Assembly (NCBI RefSeq): GCF_018350175.1
Contig: NC_058381.1
Coordinates: 41,106,001-41,170,000, forward strand
Direction: 5' to 3'
Length of the DNA: 64,000 bases
DNA from: Felis catus
Lineage: Eukaryota
Below the pieces are notes generated by a model. That model was not told where the DNA came from, ran no database searches, and saw only the letters and a list, made by a program, of their open reading frames with translations. Below, one piece after another: positions 22,360 through 33,100 of the stretch. The stretch's first letter is position 1. The number at the start of each line of letters is the position of its first letter. The position numbers and the translations under genes were made by a program.

Positions 22360-23184
22360 GTGTGTTTGACTCTACCAGGGAGGCTGTCTGTCCCTGTGCC
22401 CCGTGTTGCACGCCCCTGCCCCTCCTCCAGCGTGTCTGCTTTCCTGTGATCAGAGGCCACAGCTGCAGTGGCCCGGCCGGGCCGTTTGTGAAATTGTCAC
22501 CTCTCAGGTTTCCCAGGCGCGTTCCCCTCCCTCGATCCCAGCAGCTTTGCAGATCCTGTCTTCGGTGGGGAAGGGACTTGAGGGGATCATCCTCACCCCC
22601 CTTTCCCACACTACCCACCCAGACAGCGGGGGAAGGGGGAGCCTGGACATCTGCCCGCCCTCCTCTCCCTCTACTCCAAGTGTGCTTTCCAGGACTCAGT
22701 AGCCTGGCTATCTTGAGCCCTGATGCCCTTGGCCTTGGTGTGAGTGGAAGCTCAGCGTCGTGTTCCTCCAGGCAGCGGGCGAATGTGAGGTGCAGAGGCA
22801 GGCAGGCAGGCAGGCAGGCAGCTGAAGAGCCAGCAGGCGGGGTGGGCTGGGAGGGTGCTGGCTCCCTCCTAACTGCGATGTAAGGCACCCACATTCTCGC
22901 TCGCCCTCCCTCTCCATGCCTCCTGGGGCCTCCAGGACAGGGCTGCACGGGAACGTGGACAGCGGGCCGACAACTGCTGCCCCAGGAGGGGTGAGCAGGG
23001 GCAGGAACACCCTTTCGTGTTCCTTATCTCCCCCACCCCCATCTTCGAACCCTCTCTTCCCCGAAAGGCCACCTGCCCCAGAATAGGCTCTTGGGTGCAT
23101 CACCCCCCACTGTCTCCTTGCACGAACAGTCCAGGATGAGTTTTTTAGCCTCTGCTCTGTTACTGACTCAAAAGGGAGGCTTAC

Positions 23185-24827
23185 TAAGAATAGATATTTG
23201 GAATCAATGGCATAGAATTGAATTCAGAGTCCAGAAATCAGCCCTGTTTATGGCCGATCAATTTTCCACACAGGGGCCAAGACAATACAGTGTGGAAAGA
23301 ACGGTCTGCAACAAGTGTTTGTACAACTGGGTATCCACGTGCAAAAGAACAACTTTGGCCTGGAGCCCTCGCACTATGTATGTAGGTTAACTCAAAGTGG
23401 GTCATAGACCTAAATGTAAGGGTTAAAACTAAAATTCCTAGGGGAGATTAAAGGAAAATGTCTTCATGACCATAAGTTAGGCGATGATTTTTTAGTAGAC
23501 CCCGTAAGCAAACAGATAAAAAGAAGATACGGGCTTTGGTCTGACAAGCTTTTGTGCTTTAAGGGACAGAACCCTGACAACCCTCACACTGGGAGAAACT
23601 GTAAGTCCTATCTAATAAAGGATGTGTATCTAGAATTACAATTCAGTCAAAAAGACAAATGCCTTCATTTAAAAGGTTTAAAAAAAAAATTAGGGGCCCC
23701 TGGCTGACTCAGTGGGAAGAGCATGCGACTCTTGATCTCAGAGTCATGAGTTCCAGCCCCACGTTGGGTGTAGAGATTACTTAAAAATAAAATCTTAGGG
23801 GCGCCTGGGTGGCTTAGTTAAGCATCCGACTCTTGATTTGGGTGATTTTGGCTCAGGTCATGATCTCGCAGATTCGAGAGTTTGCGCATCAGGCTCTGCG
23901 CTGACAGCGAGGAGCCTGCTTGGGATTCCCCCTCTCTCTCTGCGCCTCCCCCACTTGCGCTCTCTATCTCTCAACATAAATAAATTTAAAATAAAATCAT
24001 AAAAAGTAAAAGGTAAAAAAATACTCCTTGATTTAAAAAATGAAAGGATTCGAAAAGGCATTTCTAGGAAGAAAAACACGAGTAAGCAATGAGCCCAGGG
24101 AATGACACTCGGCATCATTAGGGAACCACGGGTCAACCACAAGGGGATCTGCCACATCAAACCTGCCATGAAAGGCGGTAACAAGGAAGGGACAGTTACA
24201 AGTGCAAATGGTGCAGCTCCTTCGGAAAGCAGTCTGGCGGTTCCTCAAAATGTTCAACATAGAATTAACCTACGACCCAGCAACTCGGTTTCTACATCTC
24301 CAGCCAAGAAAAATGGAAAAAAAAAAAAAAAGAATGTGCTCAAACTCGGGCACAAGTGTGCATCGTGGCACCGTTCATTCCTCCAAGATGGAAACAACCC
24401 AGATGTCCGTCAGCTGGTGAATGGACGAACAGAAAGTGGTGCGTCCATACAAAAGGTGCTCTTCCACAGTGAAAGGAACGGAGAACTGACACGGGCTGCA
24501 GCACGGATGAACCTCAAGAGAGTTGTGCTGAGAAGCCAGACACAAGACCACATATTGGGTGATTTCGTTTGTGTGAAATGTCCAGAATGGGAAAGTCTGT
24601 AGAGACCAGACAGTGGATGGGCTGGCCTAGGACTGGCTCTGGATGGGGCTGGGGCAGGATCAAAATGGGAGTGACAGCTAAGGGGTGCAGGTTTTCTCAT
24701 GGGGAATGATAACAATGTAAAATTAGACAATAGCGATGGTGGCACAACTGTGAAGTTGCTTTAAAAAAAAAAACTCATTGAGTTGCACGCTTTAAATTGG
24801 TAAACTTTCTGGTATATATCAATAAAA
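23185..24827 (+). mobile_element. L1M (L1MB-like) ORF2 3' end and 3'UTR remnant, interrupted by two CAN-SINEs (about 23693-24000)
   Basis: caatggcatagaattga...gtccagaaat, ggggccaagacaatacagtgtggaaagaac, and a terminal ...atatatcaataaaa. Confidence 0.8.
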
Positions 24828-25734
24828 TGGAGCAGGGGGCGGGAGACCTAGGGCTTCCCCAGGGAGAAATTCGTCCCTTGCCCAGGCGGAAAAGACCTGA
24901 GCTGGCAGGTCATTGGCTGAGCGGAACTGCTGGGGTCTCCTGGTCTTGCCCCGCCTCCAGCCCAGCCAGCTAGAGATGGACTGACCAGGACCTGGGCCAT
25001 GGAGGGTGTGGGAAATCCCAGGAGCCCTCAGGTACTGGTGGGAAGCAGGATGGATCCATTGCTTCTGTTTTTAAGGGACATGCCCTGTATTCTCCCCTTC
25101 TTGTGGAATCCCTGGACCCCAGACCTCTGCTGAGTGAGCCTGTGCTTTGTTCAGGGAATTCTCCTCATCTTGAGGTCATGGAACAAGTGTGGGAGAGAGT
25201 GGCTATGGGCCAGCTTGGTGTTATAGCGCTAGGGGACAATGCCATCACCATTTTCAGGATCCTACTCCCCGTCCTGTCCTTCACTGGGACTGCACCTCTT
25301 TCTGCCCCCAGGAACCCTGTGTGGAAGGGACATCGGAGCTCCACTCAGATTCTCAATGACCTGCCTGCTCGCCCAGCTCCCCAGGCATGTCTTGGGTGTG
25401 GGCTGTCCCCTGGTGGCGAGATAAGGAAGGACCCATTCCTCCTCACTCAGAAGGTAGGTGGGATCCTGCGGGCTGTGACAGCTAGGCAGAAAGGGATAAG
25501 TGACCCTGGAGGTATTCTGGGGTGCATAGGCAGAAGGTCAGGCTGGCTAAGAACAAAAGAGGAGACAGATGGAGAGCGGAGAGCCCAGCTCACTTGTTCC
25601 ACGCACAGTAATTGAAAAATAAAATGTGTCATTGGAAAATGATCGGACAGTACAAAAGGCCCTGTTACAAAAGTCCTCCTCCCGCCCTGAGAGTCCCAGT
25701 GCCCCACCCACAGCAACCACTGTTTACATGACCT

Positions 25735-25920
25735 ATTAAAATTTTATTTTGAGAGAAGGAGTACAAGTGCGGGGAGGGGCAGAGAGGGAGAATCCCAAGC
25801 AAGTTCCACACTGTCAGTGCAGAGCCGGATACAGGGCTCGAACCCACAAACCGTGAGATCATGACTTGAGCCGAGATCAAGAGTTGAATGCTTAACCGAC
25901 TGAGCCACCCAGGCGCCCCT
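25735..25920 (-). mobile_element. CAN-SINE
   Basis: Reverse head CCACCCAGGCGCCCC ending near 25919. Confidence 0.88.
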
Positions 25921-25947
25921 TTCGTTTTTTTAAAGCACAAATGGGAG

Positions 25948-26722
25948 CTTTCCGGGACACCCAGGGAGGGGTCCCTACGGGCATTGTTTTGCGCTCCTGT
26001 CGTAACTTAAAGGGAAATTTCACAATGTCCGGAGCCCTTTATGTCCCGCAAATGAAGGAGGAGGATGTCCTCAAATTTCTTGCAACAGGAGCCCGCTTAG
26101 GTGGCACCCACCCTGACTTCCGGTACATCTACAAAAGGAAAGGGGATGAATGGTATCTCCATCATAAATCCGAAGAGAACCTGGGAGAGAAACTTCCACT
26201 GGCAGCTCATGCCGTTGTTGCCATTGAAAACCCAGCTGGCATCAGCGTCACATCGTCCAGGAGTCCTGACCAGCGAGCCGTGCTGAAGTGTGCCGCAGGG
26301 GCCACCCCTGTTGCTGGCCGCTTCGCTCTGGAACCTTCCCCATCCAGATCCGGGAAGCCTCCCCAGAGCCACGTCATGCTTGGTCTCTACTTCTACAGAG
26401 ATCGTGAAGACATGGAAAAGCAAGCGCAGGCCGCTGCTGAAAAGGTTGTGACCAAGGAGGACTTTCGGGGTAAATGGACGGCTCCAGCTCCTGAGTTCAC
26501 GGCTACTCCACCGGAAGTCGCAGACTGGTCCGCAGGCGTGCTGGTGCGCTCTGGGCCCACTCAGCAGTTCCCTGCCGAAGACTGGGGCGCCCAGCCACCA
26601 CCGAAGACTGGTCTGCGGCTCCCACTGCTCAGGCCACTGAATGGATAGGAACAACCCACGGAGTGGTCTTGAGCTACTGTTCCACAAAGGCAAACAAAAA
26701 AATAAGGTTGACAGAAAATAAA
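25948..26722 (+). pseudogene. RPSA: Processed pseudogene of ribosomal protein SA (40S uS2) with an internal deletion
   Basis: Intronless. Begins with 5'TOP-like CTTTCC. ATG at 26025 gives [20 protein letters not shown]; later segments read LYFYRD and [14 protein letters not shown] at 26717-26722. TSD CACAAATGGGAG at 25936-25947 and 27618-27629. Several indels. Confidence 0.93.
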
Positions 26723-26734
26723 CAGTTGGGCTTG

Positions 26735-27610
26735 TTTGTTTGTTTTAATATCTGTTTTTGAGAGACAGAGATTGTGAGCACGGTTGGGCAGAAAGAGAGA
26801 GGGAGACACAGAATCCGAAGCAGGCTCCAGGCTCTGAGCTGTCAGCACAGAGCCCGATGCGGGGCTCGAAGCCACAAACCATGAGATCCTGACCTGAGCC
26901 AAAGTCAGATGCTTAACCAACTGAGCCATCAAGCTGCCCTTCAGATTCTAAAAGTTGGGAAAAATAGGGGTGCCTGGGTGGCTCGGTCAGTTTAGCATCA
27001 GACTCTTGGTTTGGGCTGGGGTCTCACTGTGGGATCGAGCCCCATGTGGGGCTCTGCACTGGCCGTGTGGAGCCTGCTTGGGATTCTCTCTCTCTCCTCC
27101 CTCTGCCCCTTCCCCGCTTACACTTGCACACTTTCTCTCTCTCTCTCAAAATAAATAAACATTAAAAAAAAAGTTGGGGTGCCTGGGTAGCTCAGTCGGT
27201 TAAGCATCCGACTTCGGCTCAGGTCGTAACCTGCCAGTTCCTGGGTTCAAGCCTGGTGTTAGGCTCTAAGCTGACAGCTCAGACCCTGGATCCTGCTTTG
27301 GATTCTGTGTCTCCATCTCTCTCTGCCCCTCCCCAACTTGCTCTCTCTCTCTCTCTCTCAAAAATAACGTAAAAAGAATTTTTTTTAAACAAAACAAAAA
27401 TAAATGTTGACGGGGCACCTGGGTGGCTCAGTCAGTTAAGTGTCCAACTTCGGCTCAGATCATGATCTTGCAGTTCATGGGTTAGAGCCCCCACATTGGG
27501 CTCTCTGCTGTCAGCACAGAGCCCGTTTCAGATCCTCTGTCCCCCCCCCCTCACTTGCGATCTCTTTCTCAAAAATAGACATTGAAAAAAAGTTTAAAAA
27601 ATAACAATAA
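26735..27610. mobile_element. Four CAN-SINEs (one minus, three plus) inside the RPSA retrocopy tail
   Basis: Minus copy about 26735-26940. Plus heads at about 26967, 27176 and 27411. All lie inside the retrocopy TSD pair. Confidence 0.88.
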
Positions 27611-28639
27611 AATAAAACACAAATGGGAGTTTGCTATACCCACTGTAATTAAACTATATATAGAACTATATATGTATAGTTTGCAGAACATCCTGAATCA
27701 ACACCATACATTTTCCTCATCCTTTTTTTTTTTTTTCCAAGCAAATGCTTGATATTTCATCCAGTCGATGTAGCGTAGTTTCTTCATCCAGCCCCCTATT
27801 GTCCTCAAAGAGTTCCCAGCCTGGTGGGGAAGATGAGCAACGAGACAGTGTGACATGTCCACTGCAATCAGTGAGGCTCCTGCCCAGCACCCATGAGCTC
27901 AGGCTTTGAATGTGGACGGTGTCCCTCATCTTTGGCCATTGCCAGCAACCCCCGCCAGACCCCACAGAGAGGTGGACCCAGACCTCACAGAGAGGCACGC
28001 TGAATCCTGACGATCTGCAGCCCAGCTCCCCCAACGCTTGTGTTCCCTAAGATCTAGAAATGCTGGAGGAGAGTCTGACAAGTCTTATCCAGAGCAAGGA
28101 ATGTTTGGAGGGAGAATGGCGGGGGTGGGTTCTGGAGGGTAGTGGAGAGGGGCCTGGGGGGCTATAGGCTAGGGCCCCATGAGGGCACATCTCTCTGGGC
28201 TGGTTTTGGAGCTGCTCCCTGGGATAGGGTGAGAACCTCCTGACACCAGGAAGTGACTGGGAGCAGGGCTGCACCTCCTGCAGAGGCTGCTGGCTGAGCT
28301 GGGAACAAGGCAGGGGGACTGCAGCTTGTGCCTGTGCCCAGGCAGGTGCAGAGGAAAAGGGCAAGCTCAGTGGACTCCCATGTTCTCTTCTGGTCCAGAC
28401 TCTGGATTCTCTCTCTGGGCTGGCAACTCTCCTGACCCCTCCCCTTTCTCTAAGCAGCTTCACTCCCGCCTGACAATCTGGAAAAACTTACATCTGCCTC
28501 CAAAAGGACCCAGAATCCTCTCAGAAAGTGTGGTCCTCCTAAAGGCCCCATCTCTACCTGCCACCACATAGCCCCGCCCAACCCCATCCTGCCCAGGCAG
28601 GCAGCCTGAAAAGTTGCATCATTTGGGAACAGTGGCAAG

Positions 28640-28780
28640 AACGCCAGTCTGGGAGTTGGGAGGTCTGGGTTCTAGTCCTGGACATGCTCTCCTACCGGTT
28701 GCTGAGCTTGTCCAAGTCACATCCTTTCTCTGGCTTCAGTTTCCCAATATGTAAAATGAAGGTAACTCCTGACCTGTCCC
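28640..28780 (+). mobile_element. MIR SINE
   Basis: gggagttgggaggtctgggttctagtcctg...caagtcacatcct...cagtttcccaatatgtaaaatgaagg. Confidence 0.7.
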
Positions 28781-29046
28781 GCTGCGGCTACCCTTTAAGG
28801 ATCAAATAGAGAGCCCCTAACTCACCCACCAGGCCCTGCCCCACCACAGCCAGACCAGACTCACATGACCCACTTCTTCAACTTCCGAAATTTTTAGTTA
28901 GTTCCTCAAATCTGCCCAGCTTTCTTTACCCTTCCACAGTCTTCCTATTTACATGTTCTCTGCCCAGAATTCTCTCTTCTCTTTTCCTAGTCATTTGCAA
29001 TTTAATTCATATTAAATGTCACTTCCTTTTAGAAGCTTTAGGCTTA

Positions 29047-29080
29047 ATCGCTTCTCAGCCTTTTGGCTAAAATCAAGGGT
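29047..29080 (+). pseudogene. 3'-truncated U2 snRNA retro-fragment (U2 nt 1-34)
   Basis: ATCGCTTCTCAGCCTTTTGGCTAAAATCAAGGGT versus recalled U2 5' end ATCGCTTCTCGGCCTTTTGGCTAAGATCAAGTGT (3 mismatches). Confidence 0.85.
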
Positions 29081-29279
29081 GGAAGCATTAAGTCGGGTAC
29101 CTCTGTATTTCCTCACAGCCTCACAACTATAATTGAGATCTTTATTTATGTGAGTGTTTGGTTTCTAGGTCTCCCCCAGAGAAGGGTGGCAATGCCTGCT
29201 ACAAAATAAAACCCCACATAAAAATATCTGTTGTGGACAGTTGCCTGGACGGAAGGACAGTGAATTGCATGCGAAAGCC

Positions 29280-30120
29280 TCTCAGATACAACGGCGTCTT
29301 GGAGCTCGTGAAGGGCAGCGGATCACATCCCGGGCTTTTGATGACAGTGGGATCACGCGCTCCCGCACCACGTGCGGTCGGTCAGAAGACACCCTCCCGG
29401 AGCTGGTCCGGGAGCCGGAAGCGCGGTCTCTCCCGAGCTTCCTGGTGCACGAACTTCTGTGCCACGTGGCCTGAGGCCCGCAGCTGATTGGACGGCGGGT
29501 CGTCCCGCCCCTAGCCTTGAGTCCCAATGGATGCCCGGTGGGGCCGCAGCCAGCCTGAGACCGCCAGACCATGGGGGCCGCTGTGGCTGGGGTCCTGGGC
29601 TTCCTGCTCCTGGCCGCCGCGGGGGGCTCGGCTGGGGACGAGGCCCGGGAGGCGGCGGCCGTGCGGGCGCTGCTGGCCCGGCTGCTGGGGCCCGGGCGGG
29701 CGGCCGCCTTCTCGGTGTCGGTGGAGCGCGCCCTGGCGGCCGAGTCCGGCCTGGACACCTACCGCCTGAGCGGCGGCGGCGCCGGGGCGCGAGTGCGGGT
29801 GGTCGGCTCCACCGGCGTGGCCGCTGCCGCGGGGCTGCACCGCTACCTGCGCGACTTCTGCGGCTGCCACGTGGCCTGGTCGGGCTCTCAGCTGCGCCTG
29901 CCCGAGCCGCTGCCCGCAGTGCCCGAGGAGCTGACCGAGGCCACGCCCAACAGGTACGGGGCCCGCCCGCCCGCTGGGCTCCACGCCCCCCCCCCCCCCG
30001 CGGTTGCCGGCACCTGCCTCCCGTCCCGGGGCGCCGCCCCTCGCTGAGTCCCCGCCCCACCCCGCGCTCTCCCGGTCGCTACCGCAGCGACCGAGACTGA
30101 ACGTAGCGCCGGCCTTAGGG
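29280..30120. promoter_or_regulatory. NAGLU: NAGLU CpG-island promoter and exon 1, with E-box/CLEAR-like, ETS and CCAAT motifs
   Basis: Dense CpG. CACGTG at 29369-29374 and 29463-29468. CCGGAAG near 29415. ATTGG near 29487. CCAAT near 29524. Confidence 0.8.
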
Positions 30121-33100
30121 TGGCACAGCTCTGGCTTCAGATCCCAGAGGCTCTGCCTCTCAAAGCCGTGTGTGTCCTTGAGCAAGTCACTTAGCCGCTC
30201 AGAGCCTCGGCTGGCTCATCTGAGAAGTGGAAGTAATGACCTCTACCGCGCAGTGTTGGTTGTGAGGATTTGCACGGTGACGGGGGTAGAATTTGTGGTG
30301 CATAATTAGTGACCAGAAAACGCTAGTCATTTCCCTCCCCACCTTCTGTTGGAAGATGCACCACAGAGGAATGGTATCCACCCCCTCGCAGCCTCCGTTC
30401 TGGAGCTTGTCCCACCGCAGGGAGGTCGTGTGTTCACTCATCTGTCTCCCCTTTAGACTGTGGGGAGAGAGACCCGCCCCCCCCCCATTCCAGGATAGGG
30501 ACCGGTGTTGCCATAGAGCACTTAAACACGGTGCAGAAGGGGGCTCTAGAAGAGTCAGCTGTGCTCTCCCAGATACCTGCCTGGCTACAGGTCGGGGGCA
30601 CATAGGAAGCTCCCGTACTGATGCCCACAGTCCGAGGCCCCAAATTGGAGGGTCTCAGGACCCTCGCCAAGAAAGTTCTTGGCTTTTTGGGAGGACGATT
30701 CAAGAGCGAGCCGTTCAGAGAAAGGGACAAAGACTTAGGAAGTCTAGAAGTAAGAAAGGTGCTACTTCACAAAGTAGGGATCTCTCCTCCCAGAGGAGGG
30801 GGACGACACACACCCCTTTGCTTCTAACGAAAGGATTTATAAGTTTTTTTTAATTAGCTATCCATATAGGGAGAGGCTTCTCACTTTGGCTTTAACCTTT
30901 ACATTGGCTGGTTAGCTTTTCCATTGTTTCAGGGTTGTGATTGGGTTGTGGATTTACCCATAAGGAGCAGTTTTAAGAATGTCCAGCCTTTGTGGCTTTT
31001 ACTGCCCGAGGAAGTGGGGTCTTGTGACTCTTTTTATGACCTGCTGACTTTTAGATTAAGGGTCAGCCTAAAACCAAAATGGCTTTACTTTGGTCACCTT
31101 GTCACCTGAGTCTCCCTTCCCTCCTGCCTCAGTACTGAGTCTCAACTCCACCTGGGGGGGGGGGGGCCCTGGAGTGAAGCAGGAGAGGGGTTATATTTGG
31201 GACCCCTCCCCTCTGGGCTAGATCTGGGGTGGGGGGGTGGGGGACATCCCCACTGCCCCCAGGGACATGCCGCGGCTCATGCCCCTGCCCGCAGGTACCG
31301 CTATTACCAGAATGTGTGCACGCACAGCTACTCCTTCGTGTGGTGGGACTGGGCCCGCTGGGAGAAGGAGCTGGACTGGATGGCACTGAATGGCATCAAC
31401 CTGGCACTGGCCTGGAGCGGCCAGGAGGCCATCTGGCAGCGGGTGCGTGCCCACCACATCCTCCTTCCCCCTGTGTCCCTGCCTCCCCCACAGCACAGCG
31501 TCTGGTACCCAGACTAAAGGCTTCAGAAGTGTCTGTGGCGTGCACGGTGGCCCCAGCCCTCTGGAAACAGGCTTCTGTTCTGAGCCAAAACACAGAGGAG
31601 CGCTCTTTATCCTTATTCGTGGCCCCAGTCACGCAAGAATGAATGACCCTCTTCCCCACAAGAGCCTCTGAACAGGACTCCTGGCTCCTGAGTTCCAGCC
31701 GTGTCCTTTCTGAGGTGCAAATCTGGCGGAGACCTGCTGCTGTCACACTCAGGAGCTCCTGTGCCCTTCGTGCTGTCCCCAGCCTGGGCGCTTCTGGGCC
31801 TGGGCCCTGAGGGCTCTGGCTGCATTGGGCCCCGTTTCGGCCCCTGTGGAGCTGGCCTCACCCACCCATCACTCTAGCCAGCCTCGTTCCATGAGGCCTT
31901 CTAAGGCCCCTTCCCCATTTTGGGGAGAGCCCCTTTGTGCCTCACCTCACCCTGGCGACAAGGCTGACAGATTAGTAAACTCACCTGTTCACAGGTCTGT
32001 TTCTCTTGGACTCTGGGCTCCTGCCAAGGGTCACGTTTTGTCTTAGTAACTCCAGGGCTCAGCACAGAGAAGAGATAAATGTTTGTGAAATGAATGAATC
32101 AATGAATGGAGATGAATGTATCTATGTGTACTCATGTGTGGGGATCGCCCTCCTCCTCAGGTGTACCTGGCCTTGGGCCTGACCCAGTCAGAGATCGATG
32201 AGTACTTCACTGGCCCTGCCTTCCTGGCCTGGGGGCGCATGGGCAACCTGCACACCTGGGGTGGCCCCCTGCCCCCCTCCTGGCACCTCAAACAGCTTTA
32301 CCTACAGGTAAAAGGACGGAGAACGAAAGGGGGCAGAATTGGAAAGTGCTAGAGAGTCATGGGCCAAGGAGGGTGGTATTTGGCCAGCCTCAGGGCTCTT
32401 AACTGGGCCTTGAGGGGAACTCTGTGTGCCCTGGGGGAGTGAGGACCTACGCCCTCAGGGCCGTGCCTACCAGCTCCCCCTCCATTGTCCCCAGCATCGG
32501 ATCCTGGACCGGATGCGCTCCTTCGGCATGACCCCAGTGTTACCTGCATTTGCAGGACATGTCCCCAAGGCTATCACCAGGTAAGGTTCCTCCCCCCACC
32601 CCCTGCTCGGCTCAGAGAGGAAATTTCTTCTTCCCTGCAAGACGTAATTAAAATAAAAACTGAAGTTCTGGATGTAGGCGTGGGCTTGATTCCTGGCTCT
32701 GCTACCGACTAGCAACATGAACTTGGACTCAGATTACATGACTGCTCTGTGCCTCCGTTTCCTTACTTGTCAAGTATATGTGGCTCGGCACAGTCTTCGC
32801 AAGTGGCACCTCTTATTTAGTGACACTTGGGGTGCGCCAGTCTTCTCTGTCCTTTCTGCTTCTCTGTGCTACCGACTCTTCCCCTGCTGTGACCGGAAAA
32901 TTCCTCAAGGTCCAGCTGAGACCTCCCCTCCTTCAGGTAGCTTTGCTGGGACCCCCAGCATTGGTTACCGCCTCCTTCGTGCCCATGACAACCTGGTTCC
33001 CACGACTGTCACAGGGCTTAGTGCATGCTGCTGGCCTTACTGGCCACCCCTTCACCTCCCGCCTGGGTGGCCAGATCCTCATTCATACAGTCAGAAGACA

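Noticed and set aside
22295-22948. 217-aa minus-strand ORF and overlapping ORFs downstream of ATP6V0A1
   Set aside because: Includes a (GCAG)n simple repeat. No domain or splice support.
24102-24602. 166-aa ORF
   Set aside because: Lies within a decayed L1 remnant and includes a poly-A run. Not a gene.
29527-29769. Out-of-frame upstream ATGs (29527, 29531) overlapping the NAGLU start
   Set aside because: They sit at the CCAAT motif and are probably upstream of the main TSS. They cannot be called uORFs without TSS data.
29282-30185. Several long ORFs on both strands over NAGLU exon 1 (242, 235, 224 and 158 aa)
   Set aside because: Shadow frames of a very GC-rich CpG island. Low-complexity Arg/Gly/Pro/Ala content and no recognisable domain.
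31150-31245. Long G-runs in NAGLU intron 1, with similar runs near 29988 (C) and 48868 (G), as G-quadruplexes
   Set aside because: Homopolymer lengths are unreliable in assemblies and such runs are common in GC-rich introns. No specific evidence of function.
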